Assembly: GCA_013178125.1 (NCBI GenBank)
Contig: JABLXJ010000006.1
Coordinates: forward strand, 156,631 to 220,630
DNA length: 64,000 nt
Reading direction: 5' to 3'
DNA from: Bacillota bacterium
GTDB taxonomy: Bacteria > Bacillota > SHA-98 > Ch115 > JABLXJ01
Positions within the stretch are counted from its first letter, which is position 1; each line of letters starts with the position of its first letter. The notes beneath the pieces are model-generated. The model saw only the letters and a list, made by a program, of their open reading frames with translations. It had not been told where the DNA came from and ran no database searches. Both the position numbers and the translations under genes were made by a program. This document shows positions 40,654 through 49,702 of the stretch, piece by piece.

Positions 40654-41124
40654 TCAGCGATACTCGCTCAAGATGTGGGGTATCTTATCTGGCGTCAGGT
40701 TCCCATAGACGACGTCGTTGATCATGATCGCAGGTGCGACGCCGCAGACCCCTATGCAGCTCGTATACTCGAGGGTGAATTTCTCATCCCCGGTCGTCTC
40801 CCCCATTTTTATGCCGAGCTCCTTCTCGAGAGCGCTGATGATGGCAGGCGCCCCCAGGACATGGCATGGAGCACTCTCGCATATGCGAATGATATTCCGC
40901 CCCCTGGGCTTTACCGAAAACATGGAATAAAAAGTGGCCACGCCATAGACCTTGCTCGCAGGCAGATCCAGGGCATCAGCCACCTTGATTATTGAATCAT
41001 TTGTTAGGAACCCTTGGGCATCCTGTACCTCATGCAGTATGTCGATGAGCGCGTCGGATCTGCGTCCGTATTTGGCCAGGATGTCATCAATGGTTATAAT
41101 ACCAGCCACCTCTGTCACCTCCAA
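40654..41124 (-). CDS. NuoE-like [2Fe-2S] subunit (HndA/HydC)
   Basis: VYGVATFYSMF...CESAPCHVLGA and ...CIGVCGVAPA motifs. Confidence 0.85.
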   Translation of the reverse strand: MEVTEVAGIITIDDILAKYGRRSDALIDILHEVQDAQGFLTNDSIIKVADALDLPASKVYGVATFYSMFSVKPRGRNIIRICESAPCHVLGAPAIISALEKELGIKMGETTGDEKFTLEYTSCIGVCGVAPAIMINDVVYGNLTPDKIPHILSEYR

Positions 41125-41257
41125 CCATTTTCTCCAGCCATTTTATCGCTCCTGGCTTGTCATCCCACAGCTTTGACACTCAGTTACCTTTGATCGAACC
41201 AGCGGGAATTATTTGAAAAAGCCGGCGCCACCTGGGCGGAGGCGGGACACGCCGCCC

Positions 41258-41620
41258 TTAACCTGTCGCTATAACCCACTCCCCGACCACCCGGTCGTTT
41301 ACCACATGGCTTGCTATGATCTGCCTGGCCCTTTCGCCGGTTACGCGGCCATAGGTCACCTTCGGCTTGCCAGGCTTCATGATGTCCACGATCGGCTCCT
41401 GCTCACAGAGGCCAACGCAGCCCGTCTGGGTAATGATGACATCCTGAAGATTGCGCTTTGCCAGCTCGTCCATGATCGCGGCCAGCGTCTCACGCGCACC
41501 CGCAGCTATGCCGCATGTGCCCATGCCGACTACTATCTTAGTGCTCTCCCTGTCCTCCCTCAATTTCGTCATTGCCTGAGCCTCTTTTTTGATCCGCTCC
41601 AGCTCCTCCAGCGATTTCAT
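41258..41620 (-). CDS. Thioredoxin-like [2Fe-2S] ferredoxin subunit (HndB-like)
   Basis: Contains VGMGTCGIAAGA...TGCVGLCEQEP motifs. Confidence 0.7.
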   Translation of the reverse strand: MKSLEELERIKKEAQAMTKLREDRESTKIVVGMGTCGIAAGARETLAAIMDELAKRNLQDVIITQTGCVGLCEQEPIVDIMKPGKPKVTYGRVTGERARQIIASHVVNDRVVGEWVIATG

Positions 41621-41864
41621 CTACAACACCTCCTGGAATTTAAACCTTCTCCCGCCCCTCACTTCTACGATCGCTCACTCTTCAATCTGCCTAACCTGCC
41701 CTTTGCCACTCGGGTAAAGTTTGCTACTCGAGTAAGGCTCGTAGGGTTTGCTGCCACCACCCTCCCCTGACCTGAAATAGGGATAGTGCTCACTTTCACA
41801 AACAAAAACACCCCATACATGCGCCGGACATTTAGTTAATTATATCATTGATTCTCAAGCTGGA

Positions 41865-42299
41865 TCAACCGTGATATTTGGGGTGTTCGAGCAATCTTGT
41901 AATCTTTGCCCTGAATTTACCTGGATTGGCCTTCTTGTCATAAAAATACACAACCGCATAAGAAAGAACCAGAAAGACTATACCCGTCGCTGCCGTAACG
42001 GCCTGGGAAGCCCACGCCAGACCCAGCCACCGTGAGACTACCGGGCCGAGCAGAAAGCCAACGAGCATGAACGCCAGGGGCACCATATACACTACAAAGG
42101 CGGCCGCCATTACGTTTCTCGTGTCTATCTCAACTGAGACCAGGTCCCCCACCTCCGCATCGACAAGGTTATCTGCGTCGATACGGGCCGTCCCAGAACC
42201 GAGATTACACATCTTACACTTGCTGCACATGGCGCTCCTTGCTATCTCGACAGTAGCCGCGTCACCCTTGACAACGACGACCTTCCCAACTTCCTCCAT
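41865..42299 (-). CDS. RseC/MucC-family protein (SoxR-reducing-system-like; N-terminal Cys-containing beta domain plus 2 TM)
   Basis: The GKVVVVKGDAATVEIARSAMCSKCKMC motif followed by two TM helices resembles the RseC_MucC family. Confidence 0.6.
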   Translation of the reverse strand: MEEVGKVVVVKGDAATVEIARSAMCSKCKMCNLGSGTARIDADNLVDAEVGDLVSVEIDTRNVMAAAFVVYMVPLAFMLVGFLLGPVVSRWLGLAWASQAVTAATGIVFLVLSYAVVYFYDKKANPGKFRAKITRLLEHPKYHG

Positions 42300-42417
42300 G
42301 CTCCAAGCCCTCCTGGTTGCCCTCGGCTACCACGAGCGTGCGGAGTACGCGGTGCCGCGGGCGATGAGACGCTACGTATACTCTATGTAGCCTAAGCTGC
42401 ATAGCCTTTAGCCTTAT

Positions 42418-42453
42418 TATAGCGCATAATCAACGTAGCGCATAATAACGCGC
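42418..42453. repeat. Tandem direct repeat TAGCGCATAAT(C/A)AACG x2 in the promoter region of the rseC-hnd-hydA operon
   Basis: Seen directly in the sequence; lies between the Hfs-type sensory genes and the hydrogenase structural operon. Confidence 0.4.
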
Positions 42454-42592
42454 AAAATAGAATTCCCACTGTACGTCTAACCTCGCTAGGACTATGCCCG
42501 GGGAGTCATCCTCGAAGGCCCCATCTCATAGGGCGCCTCTACAGGCATATAGGCATGCACAAGCATACAGGCATCTTCATCGCACCTGAGAT

Positions 42593-43138
42593 CTACCTGC
42601 CTCTGAGACCATCTTCACCTTTCGCCACATATTTTTTTACGAAGTCGGCGACCAGGGGGTTCGAGAGGGGTATATCTTCGAGCCTCCGCCTCGTATCGCG
42701 CGTATCAAAGCAAAACGAAGCCCCGTCGATGCAGTGCTCATATCTGATTTCAACCGAGGGATTACAGGCGACAAGCGCCGCTATTGTAGAGGCTATATCG
42801 CCGAGTGGTGCCCTGTCCCAGTGGCTACGGCGGAACCGGGCGGCCACCCTCGTGCCCTTCCCCTCCTCTGAATCAACCGTCACATCGCCGTCGCAGGCCC
42901 TGGCAGCCTGGCACAGGAGCGGCAGGCCGAGCCCGACCTTTCGCGTGGTCCTGGTCGTGAAAAAAGGATCGAGAACAGCACCAAGAAAGTCCTCCGGCAT
43001 CCCTCTACCATTATCTTCAATTTCTATAGTGAAACTATCCTCTTCAGTATTCTCCCTTACAACGATGCGGATCTCCGTTGCACCCGCGGCAAGGGAGTTC
43101 TGAGCTATGTCGAGAATGTGCAAAGATAACTCCCGCAT
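42593..43138 (-). CDS. Histidine-kinase-like ATPase (HATPase_c) domain protein, HfsD-like
   Basis: LHILDIAQNSLAAGA...IEIEDNGRGM...GLGLPL shows the N, G1 and G2 boxes with no sensor domain. Confidence 0.65.
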   Translation of the reverse strand: MRELSLHILDIAQNSLAAGATEIRIVVRENTEEDSFTIEIEDNGRGMPEDFLGAVLDPFFTTRTTRKVGLGLPLLCQAARACDGDVTVDSEEGKGTRVAARFRRSHWDRAPLGDIASTIAALVACNPSVEIRYEHCIDGASFCFDTRDTRRRLEDIPLSNPLVADFVKKYVAKGEDGLRGR

Positions 43139-43294
43139 TTCCCTTCAGCACCTGCAAATAGCCCTTCTACTTCTATAAGATTAGTGGATTAATAAACAGA
43201 TCAATCGCCAGATAACTGACTCGTGTAACAGACTTATGACATGTCCACCAGACCAAATACATCCACACCAGTAGGTCTACCCGGGCTGGGTATA

Positions 43295-44149
43295 TCAACT
43301 CACTATGTCAACAAAACGCCCCCCGCGCCCCGCGAGGCAGAGGGCAACCTCATCAAAGAGGGCCGCCGGTGCTTCGCCTCTAGCCCCGGGATCACCTCCG
43401 CCACTGGCCGGCCCGGGAATTTCACCACCCAGGTCAGCCCGGATGTAGGCGACCGTTCGTCCCTGCATCTCGTGAAGCCTGTGGGCATCGGAGGATGCTA
43501 TCAATGGGAAATCCCGGACCCATGGAAACCTCCTGCAGGCTTCCTCCCTGGAGATATGGGGCGAAAGCTCGAGCGCGGCTACAGGGAGACCCGGCGGGAC
43601 GAATCCGAGGTTTCTGATGAGGCTGTATGAGGGCCTGTCGATGTGCGCAGGAATCGGCAAGCCACCCAGCTCCCGCACCTTCCTCACGACCTCGGCCAGG
43701 GATAAGTCCGTCGAGGTCAGGAGGAGCCTGGAACACTTCCCGGTGACCTCGCCCTCCTCGCCGAGAATCAGCTGCTCACCGAGAAACTCCTCCCTATTCA
43801 GCTCAGCTGGGAGGTGCGCGTAAACCTCCTCCTGCCAGGTAATGAGCCCTTCGATGCTGCCAAAAAAGGTCAATACATGAATCTCCTCCAGCGTCTGGAC
43901 CTCCATCCCCGGCAGGACGCAAACACCATGCCTGGCCCCGGCCCGGAGGCAGGCGATGGCGTTTTCAGCTGAATTGTGATCTGCTATCCCAACCAGCTTG
44001 ATGCCTTTCCTGCAGGCCTCCTCCATAATGGCTGCCGGCGTCATCTCAGATTCAGCACAGGGCGAGAGCGCGGTGTGGATATGCAGGTCCGCCCGCAGGC
44101 ACTCCAGGCCCGAGTCCAAACCCCCTAGACCCCTTAGGTCCCCTGGCAT
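43295..44149 (-). CDS. PHP-domain (polymerase/histidinol-phosphatase) metallophosphoesterase, HfsC-like
   Basis: Contains ADLHIHTALSPCAE...IADHNSAEN histidine motifs. Confidence 0.75.
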   Translation of the reverse strand: MPGDLRGLGGLDSGLECLRADLHIHTALSPCAESEMTPAAIMEEACRKGIKLVGIADHNSAENAIACLRAGARHGVCVLPGMEVQTLEEIHVLTFFGSIEGLITWQEEVYAHLPAELNREEFLGEQLILGEEGEVTGKCSRLLLTSTDLSLAEVVRKVRELGGLPIPAHIDRPSYSLIRNLGFVPPGLPVAALELSPHISREEACRRFPWVRDFPLIASSDAHRLHEMQGRTVAYIRADLGGEIPGPASGGGDPGARGEAPAALFDEVALCLAGRGGRFVDIVS

Positions 44150-44529
44150 GATCTGACCCCGCCGCGAAGCCCCATTGTATAAAGGCTCCCGACCACTTCA
44201 AACGCCGGGAGGTCGGACACAAAAATAGGAACGCCCTCGTCCTGTGCCTTTTTCAAGGTATCATCTCCGGGCTTGATCCCACCGGCAACGATGACGCCCG
44301 CCAGCCCTGTTAGCACTGATACGGCGACGATATTCTGATGGGCCTGCGTGGTGACCCAGATGGCGCCGTCACATGCATGAGCCATAACGTCGCTCAAGAG
44401 ATCCGAGACATATCCCCCCGAAACCTCGCGATCGAGGCCGCCCTCTCCAGCATCAACCCCCGCAACGGCCCTGAGGCCCAGCTTCCCAGCAACATCTCGA
44501 AGCGTCATAAACCCTTCACTACCCTCCAT
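44134..44529 (-). CDS. DRTGG-domain protein
   Basis: 131 aa with a DRTGG-type pattern; located inside the hydrogenase sensory cluster. Confidence 0.6.
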   Translation of the reverse strand: MEGSEGFMTLRDVAGKLGLRAVAGVDAGEGGLDREVSGGYVSDLLSDVMAHACDGAIWVTTQAHQNIVAVSVLTGLAGVIVAGGIKPGDDTLKKAQDEGVPIFVSDLPAFEVVGSLYTMGLRGGVRSCQGT

Positions 44530-45959
44530 TATTGCCCCTGTCCGGTTTTGTCCGGTTTGCTCATAGCCGATGGGTCCTTCTGGGCAAGATAGAACAGCTC
44601 CTCAGCTAGCTTTTTCACCTGTTCGCGCAGCTTGAATACACAGTCCGTCTCCACTGCCAGCCCTTGCACGATATCCTCGGCCAGCGCCCGGCAATGCGGC
44701 GACCCGCATGACCCGCAATCCAGGCCGGGGAGGTCCTCCAGCACCTTTTCGAGCTGTCCCATCTTGGCAATAGCCTTCGACATATCCTCATCTAATTTGA
44801 AAGCTGCAACAGGCTGGAGATCTTCTCTTGTCTCGAAGAATCCCGCCCGGTAGAGCCCCATGATATGGCTCTCCTCCTGCTCGTTAAAGGGGCTCGCCTC
44901 GCGCATCCCAACGGCGAGCCTCCGGATATTGACGCGCCCCACAAAGGGATTCTTGACCATAAGAGGCCCACCGACGCAGCCGCCCGTACAAGCCTGGGCC
45001 TCAATGAAATTAACCGATGCGAGCCGGCCCATCTCAATCTCCTCGAATACGGCAATTACATTGTGGATACCATCGACAACGAGGTAGTTCTCCAGGCCCA
45101 CGGCACGGTTCTCCCCGCCTGATGCTCCCCATCCGACCCCTAGGCCCGAGGCCGTATCAGATAGAGAGGAGGGCCCGGACTCGCCCGCGCCCATGTTTTT
45201 CAGCAGGTCTCCATATATCCCCGCCACTGAGATAGCCCCGTCCACATACGTCTCGCCGCCGGGGTTTATGTGCTCCCTGACCCACCTCATCTTTGCTGCG
45301 CAGGGCGTTATAAAAAAAGCCCCTATATCGCGAGTGTCGATGCCGGATCTCGACGCGTAAATCCTCTTCGCAAGCTTCCCGGCGATCTGGATAGGCGGGT
45401 CGACAGGAAGGAGGTGACTGATGAGGGATGGGAATCTAACCTGCACAAGCCGCACCACCGCCGGGCATGCCGAAGAAATGCATGGTTTTTCGGTGGCCCC
45501 GCTCTCTATATGGGTACGGGTGATGAAGCTTGCGATGTCAGCGGCGTATGCCACATCATATACCGCGTCGAAGCCCAGGGCCAGCAGGGCACCCATGACA
45601 TCCCTGTAAATGCGCCTCACATCGCCCGCGACCCGCTGGTCAAACTGGCCATAGAGCGAGGGGGCAGGCAAAGCTATAGTGGCCCTGAAATCCCTGAGCC
45701 GCTCAATGGAATCCGTCACTGCAACCTTGGCGTGGTTGTCGCACGTCCTGATGCACTCGCCGCAGTCTATGCAGCGTTCAGCATTTATTCGGGCCTTACC
45801 CTCCCTGACCCTGATAGCCTCGGTCGGACAGCGCTTTATGCAATTCGTGCAGCCGCGGCATTTATCCTCTAGGAGGGAGACGGAGTGAAAACGCTCCGGC
45901 GCCATATCTTGCCAGACCTCGCTTCCATAATACTGACATCCTCCCACGGCTAAAGCCAT
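44529..45959 (-). CDS. Putative sensory [FeFe]-hydrogenase-like protein (HydS/HfsB-type) with 2x[4Fe-4S] ferredoxin domain and degenerate H-cluster motifs
   Basis: CRGCTNCIKRCP and CIDCGECIRTC ferredoxin motifs. The H-cluster L1, L2 and L3 motifs are replaced by SSACPAV, TPCAAKMRW and EAQACTGGCVGGP. The C-terminus carries an extra CGSCGSPHC motif. Confidence 0.75.
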   Translation of the reverse strand: MALAVGGCQYYGSEVWQDMAPERFHSVSLLEDKCRGCTNCIKRCPTEAIRVREGKARINAERCIDCGECIRTCDNHAKVAVTDSIERLRDFRATIALPAPSLYGQFDQRVAGDVRRIYRDVMGALLALGFDAVYDVAYAADIASFITRTHIESGATEKPCISSACPAVVRLVQVRFPSLISHLLPVDPPIQIAGKLAKRIYASRSGIDTRDIGAFFITPCAAKMRWVREHINPGGETYVDGAISVAGIYGDLLKNMGAGESGPSSLSDTASGLGVGWGASGGENRAVGLENYLVVDGIHNVIAVFEEIEMGRLASVNFIEAQACTGGCVGGPLMVKNPFVGRVNIRRLAVGMREASPFNEQEESHIMGLYRAGFFETREDLQPVAAFKLDEDMSKAIAKMGQLEKVLEDLPGLDCGSCGSPHCRALAEDIVQGLAVETDCVFKLREQVKKLAEELFYLAQKDPSAMSKPDKTGQGQ

Positions 45960-46036
45960 GGGCTTTCCCGCACGGGGTTTGTAAAGCTATTATTAGATTA
46001 GAGATATAGTGAATCGCTATCAGCCCTCTCTTCTCA

Positions 46037-46501
46037 TCAGTCCACACTCCAACCTGCAGGCGGAATCGTGGGGGGAATAGCACTGGGCGATGATACGACC
46101 GCCCTTACCTTCGTACCCCTGCCGACCTCAGAGGTTATATGAAACTCATCGGAGAACCTCTTCATATTAGGGAGTCCCATACCAGCCCCGAAACCCATCT
46201 CGCGAATCCTCTCCGGTGCAGTCGAATATCCCTCCTGCATTGCCAGCTCAATATCGGGGATCCCGGGCCCCTCATCCTCGGCCAGGATCTCTATGCCCTC
46301 AGGCGACACCCGGGCCTGGAGGGTTCCCCGGTAGGCGTGAATGATGATATTCATCTCGGCCTCGTAGGCTATGATGGCCGCTCTCCGGGTGGTCTGCGTA
46401 TCGACGCCGATCTGCTTCAAGGCCCTCTTGATTTTCGTGGCCGCCTCGCCCGCGGCTGCAAAGTCCCCGCCATTGATATCATAAGACATTTCCAGAGTCA
46501 T
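46037..46501 (-). CDS. Anti-sigma-factor-like Ser/Thr kinase (SpoIIAB/RsbW-type HATPase_c_2)
   Basis: 154 aa with a GHKL ATPase fold (EGPGIPDIELAMQEGYST...GAGMGLPNM). Confidence 0.65.
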   Translation of the reverse strand: MTLEMSYDINGGDFAAAGEAATKIKRALKQIGVDTQTTRRAAIIAYEAEMNIIIHAYRGTLQARVSPEGIEILAEDEGPGIPDIELAMQEGYSTAPERIREMGFGAGMGLPNMKRFSDEFHITSEVGRGTKVRAVVSSPSAIPPTIPPAGWSVD

Positions 46502-46896
46502 CAGGAAACATGCCCTTTCAAGCCCGCCTGGTAGAGGCGCCCACAGGCCTCATAAAGCGGGTACCTTGTCCAAAAAAGGGGTATGCCGCGTTCCCGGGCC
46601 ATCTCGATTATCTCCCCGCAGGGTCTCTTGCCCCTTACAAAGACAACGGCGCTGAGATCATTCATCTCCGCTGTGCGGATAACCTGGGCATTAGTCAACC
46701 CCGTAAGAAGAAGCGACCGTTCCATCGTGAAGGCGAGAACATCGCTCATAAGGTCGCAGCCGCAAGCACGCGGGATCTCCTCATCAAGCTTGTCCTCGCC
46801 CACGAGCACTTCTGCTTCTAGTATCTCTCTTACCTCACGCAATTTCACAGGATACACTCCTCCACCCTGGATGCACCAACCAATGCTACTCAGCAA
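46501..46896 (-). CDS. DRTGG-domain protein (second copy)
   Basis: 131 aa, paralogous in architecture to 44134..44529. Confidence 0.6.
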   Translation of the reverse strand: MLSSIGWCIQGGGVYPVKLREVREILEAEVLVGEDKLDEEIPRACGCDLMSDVLAFTMERSLLLTGLTNAQVIRTAEMNDLSAVVFVRGKRPCGEIIEMARERGIPLFWTRYPLYEACGRLYQAGLKGHVS

Positions 46897-47455
46897 TGCT
46901 CGGCGAATAACCCTTGCTTCTCAATTCCTCGACGAGCCTGTCGGCGTTCTCTTTCTGCTGGAACGCTCCAACCTGCACCGTATACGGCGGGCTCGCGTTA
47001 ACGTAAGTAGGGTAACCCTCTGCCCCGAGCCTTGCGGCCAGCTCCTCGGCATCAGCCTTATTATCAAAGGAACCCACCCTCACCCGGTAGAACACCGGTG
47101 TCTCCCCCGAGCTCCCGGTCGTGGCCGGAAGCGAGGTTTCACCAGAGGCGCCGGCTCCCCCGGCGGCACCGGTTCCCACGGTGGATGATAGGTCATGGGA
47201 ACTGGTCCGGCTGGAATTGGAATTCACAGAAGAAACCGAATCGCCGCTCGATTGAGCTTGTGAAGGCTGTGAAGGCGATGATGCGACGTTCCCCGACGAG
47301 ATCTGGGTCACACCCGGCTCCTTTTTATTGCCCGAGAGCATCTTGATCGCGTAGTTCCCCATCAGGTACCCCAGTGCGATCGCGATCAGCCCGATGACAA
47401 CCAGGCTCGCAATCAATGATATACCTTCACCTGCTCGTCCCCTGTGTTCCGCCAT
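46886..47455 (-). CDS. SPOR-domain (peptidoglycan-binding) membrane-anchored protein
   Basis: N-terminal TM segment, a Ser-rich linker and a C-terminal SPOR motif (FYRVRVGSF...AEELAARL...GY...YTVQVGAFQQKENADRL). Confidence 0.7.
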   Translation of the reverse strand: MAEHRGRAGEGISLIASLVVIGLIAIALGYLMGNYAIKMLSGNKKEPGVTQISSGNVASSPSQPSQAQSSGDSVSSVNSNSSRTSSHDLSSTVGTGAAGGAGASGETSLPATTGSSGETPVFYRVRVGSFDNKADAEELAARLGAEGYPTYVNASPPYTVQVGAFQQKENADRLVEELRSKGYSPSIAE

Positions 47456-47561
47456 TGAAACTCCCTCCCGGTCCCTGGTTTTTGGTTTCGATGCGGATGT
47501 GCGGCATGTAATACTCTAATACTCAATAATAAAATACGCCTCGCAGCACCATAATCCTCTT

Positions 47562-48965
47562 TTAAAAACCCGACGCGGGATAGGTTTTCTCTAGGGGGAC
47601 ATCCCCGGGCCACAGGGGTCTCACATCCCCGACCAGGTAGAGGGATCCACAGACTACTATGAGGTCGCCGGGGCCGGACACGGCGAGCGCACGGCGCACG
47701 GCTTTGATGGAATCTACCTCCACCCCGGCGGGCCTACCCAGGAGGCGTGCCGCCTGAGCGATCACCTCGGGCTCGGCGCCTCCAAGTCGGCTTGACATGG
47801 CCCTAGTTGGTATGAATTCGTCCGCCACAGTAGCGAGCTTCCCCACCATCTCGGACACGGGCTTGTCCCGAGATATGCCGATAACGACCCTAATCCGTCC
47901 CGGCGCAAGTCCCTTTGCCCTAAACTCTCGCAGGCTCTCGACGAGTCCTGTGATTCCATCGAGATTATGGGCGCCGTCGAGGATTACAATGGGGCTGCGC
48001 TGGACGACCTCCATGCGTCCCGGCCACCGCGTGGCTGCAACCCCCAATCTTATGGCCTTCTCCGATACAGAGATGCCGCGATCGACCAGGGCTTCAATTA
48101 CACCGAGGGCCGTAGCGCAATTCACAACCTGGTGCCTGCCGAGTAGGGGGATAAACAGGTCTGGCAGGGTATATATTCCACCCTTTATATTGCAAAACTG
48201 CCCGTCAAGGGCTGATAATTCCGAAACAGGAAAGCGACCGGCGTGCGATTCCCCGCGGGGATCCCCGGGGGTGCCAGAGGAGAAGACCACATCCCGGCCC
48301 ACAAACCTGGTGACAGAACCCTTCATCTTGCATGCTGCCTCTATAACCTCATAGGCCTCGGGGTGTTGAGGTGCAACAACCACGGGCACCCCCTCTTTGA
48401 TGATCCCTGCCTTCTCTGAGGCAATGTCTCTCAAGGTGGTCCCGAGCCTATCAGTATGATCGTAGTCTATATGGGTTATGACCGAAACAAGAGGAGCTAT
48501 GACATTTGTGGCATCAAAACGCCCCCCCAGGCCCACCTCGATAACCGCCATGTCAACCTTTCTTTCCTCAAAAAAGACGAAGGCGAGGGCCGTCCCAACC
48601 TCAAATTCCGTTGGATGGCCGAACTCCGGGTCGCTTGCGATGTCCTCTATAAGGGGCCTCATGCGCGTGACGATCCGTGCCACATCGGACTCTGGTATGG
48701 CTTCACCATCTACCCTTATGCGCTCAGTATACGATACCAGGTGGGGAGAGGTATAGAGGCCGACCCTATAGCCCGTGGCTCTCAGGATCGAGTCTATCAT
48801 CGCCGCGGTAGAGCCCTTCCCATTGGTGCCAGCTATGTGGACCGCCCTCAACCCCTCGTGAGGGTTCCCGAGCATCTCAAGGAGCCGCTCGATGCGGCCG
48901 AGCCCGAGATTTACCCCGAATTTACCCAGCGCATGTATAAATCTCAATGATTCATCATAGTTCAT
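47562..48965 (-). CDS. folC: Bifunctional folylpolyglutamate synthase / dihydrofolate synthase
   Basis: HIAGTNGKGST P-loop and Mur ligase family motifs. Confidence 0.85.
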   Translation of the reverse strand: MNYDESLRFIHALGKFGVNLGLGRIERLLEMLGNPHEGLRAVHIAGTNGKGSTAAMIDSILRATGYRVGLYTSPHLVSYTERIRVDGEAIPESDVARIVTRMRPLIEDIASDPEFGHPTEFEVGTALAFVFFEERKVDMAVIEVGLGGRFDATNVIAPLVSVITHIDYDHTDRLGTTLRDIASEKAGIIKEGVPVVVAPQHPEAYEVIEAACKMKGSVTRFVGRDVVFSSGTPGDPRGESHAGRFPVSELSALDGQFCNIKGGIYTLPDLFIPLLGRHQVVNCATALGVIEALVDRGISVSEKAIRLGVAATRWPGRMEVVQRSPIVILDGAHNLDGITGLVESLREFRAKGLAPGRIRVVIGISRDKPVSEMVGKLATVADEFIPTRAMSSRLGGAEPEVIAQAARLLGRPAGVEVDSIKAVRRALAVSGPGDLIVVCGSLYLVGDVRPLWPGDVPLEKTYPASGF

Positions 48966-48974
48966 AAGCCGACC

Positions 48975-49697
48975 TCATTTAACCGCCAACCGCTCCGTCC
49001 AACCATTATCCCTATCCCCCGCGGCTCCCCTGTAGTACCAGCATTCCCCGGCAAGCAGGCAGTCATCGCAGCGCGGGTTATGCGGCCTGCAACGGGTGCG
49101 CCCATGTGCTATCATGTTCACGTGCAATTCATAGACAATATCATCCGGGACCAGTTCGCCCAATACCTCGTGAGCCTCATCAGCCCCCACATCCTTCCCG
49201 ATGAGCCCCAGGCGTCTCGCTATCCGGTGGATATGGGTATCCACCGGGAAGATGGGCCGCCCACACCCGAACAGCAGGACGCAGGCGGCGGTCTTGGGTC
49301 CGACGCCCTCAAATGAACGGAGATATCGAAGGGCATCCCCAGCATCCATGTCTTTCAAAAACTCCAGCCCCAGGCGCCCGTGCTCGCCCTGTATTCGTTC
49401 GAGGGCCTGCTTGATGCGCCCTGTCTTGACCTGGGCAAGGCCGCCGACCTTGATGGCGTCCCTTATCTCACCCACGTCTGCCCTGCGCGCATCGTCCCAG
49501 CTCGGGAAGCGTTCCTTCAAATTTGCAAACGCCCTGTGGGAGTTTATATCCGATGTATTCTGGGATAGGATCGTCATGATGAGTGCATCAAGGGGATCCT
49601 CATCCTCCCGACGCTTAGGACCATACATCGCTCTCAACAGCTCATTGATCCTGCGAAGGCGCTGGGCTATCCGAGCTATCTGACCGTATTGAGCCAT
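48975..49697 (-). CDS. nth: Endonuclease III family HhH-GPD glycosylase with [4Fe-4S] (Nth-like)
   Basis: HhH-GPD (LRSFEGVGPKTAACVLLF...D) and a C-X6-C-X2-C-X5-C cluster (CRPHNPRCDDCLLAGEC). Confidence 0.85.
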   Translation of the reverse strand: MAQYGQIARIAQRLRRINELLRAMYGPKRREDEDPLDALIMTILSQNTSDINSHRAFANLKERFPSWDDARRADVGEIRDAIKVGGLAQVKTGRIKQALERIQGEHGRLGLEFLKDMDAGDALRYLRSFEGVGPKTAACVLLFGCGRPIFPVDTHIHRIARRLGLIGKDVGADEAHEVLGELVPDDIVYELHVNMIAHGRTRCRPHNPRCDDCLLAGECWYYRGAAGDRDNGWTERLAVK

Positions 49698-49702
49698 TCT
49701 AT

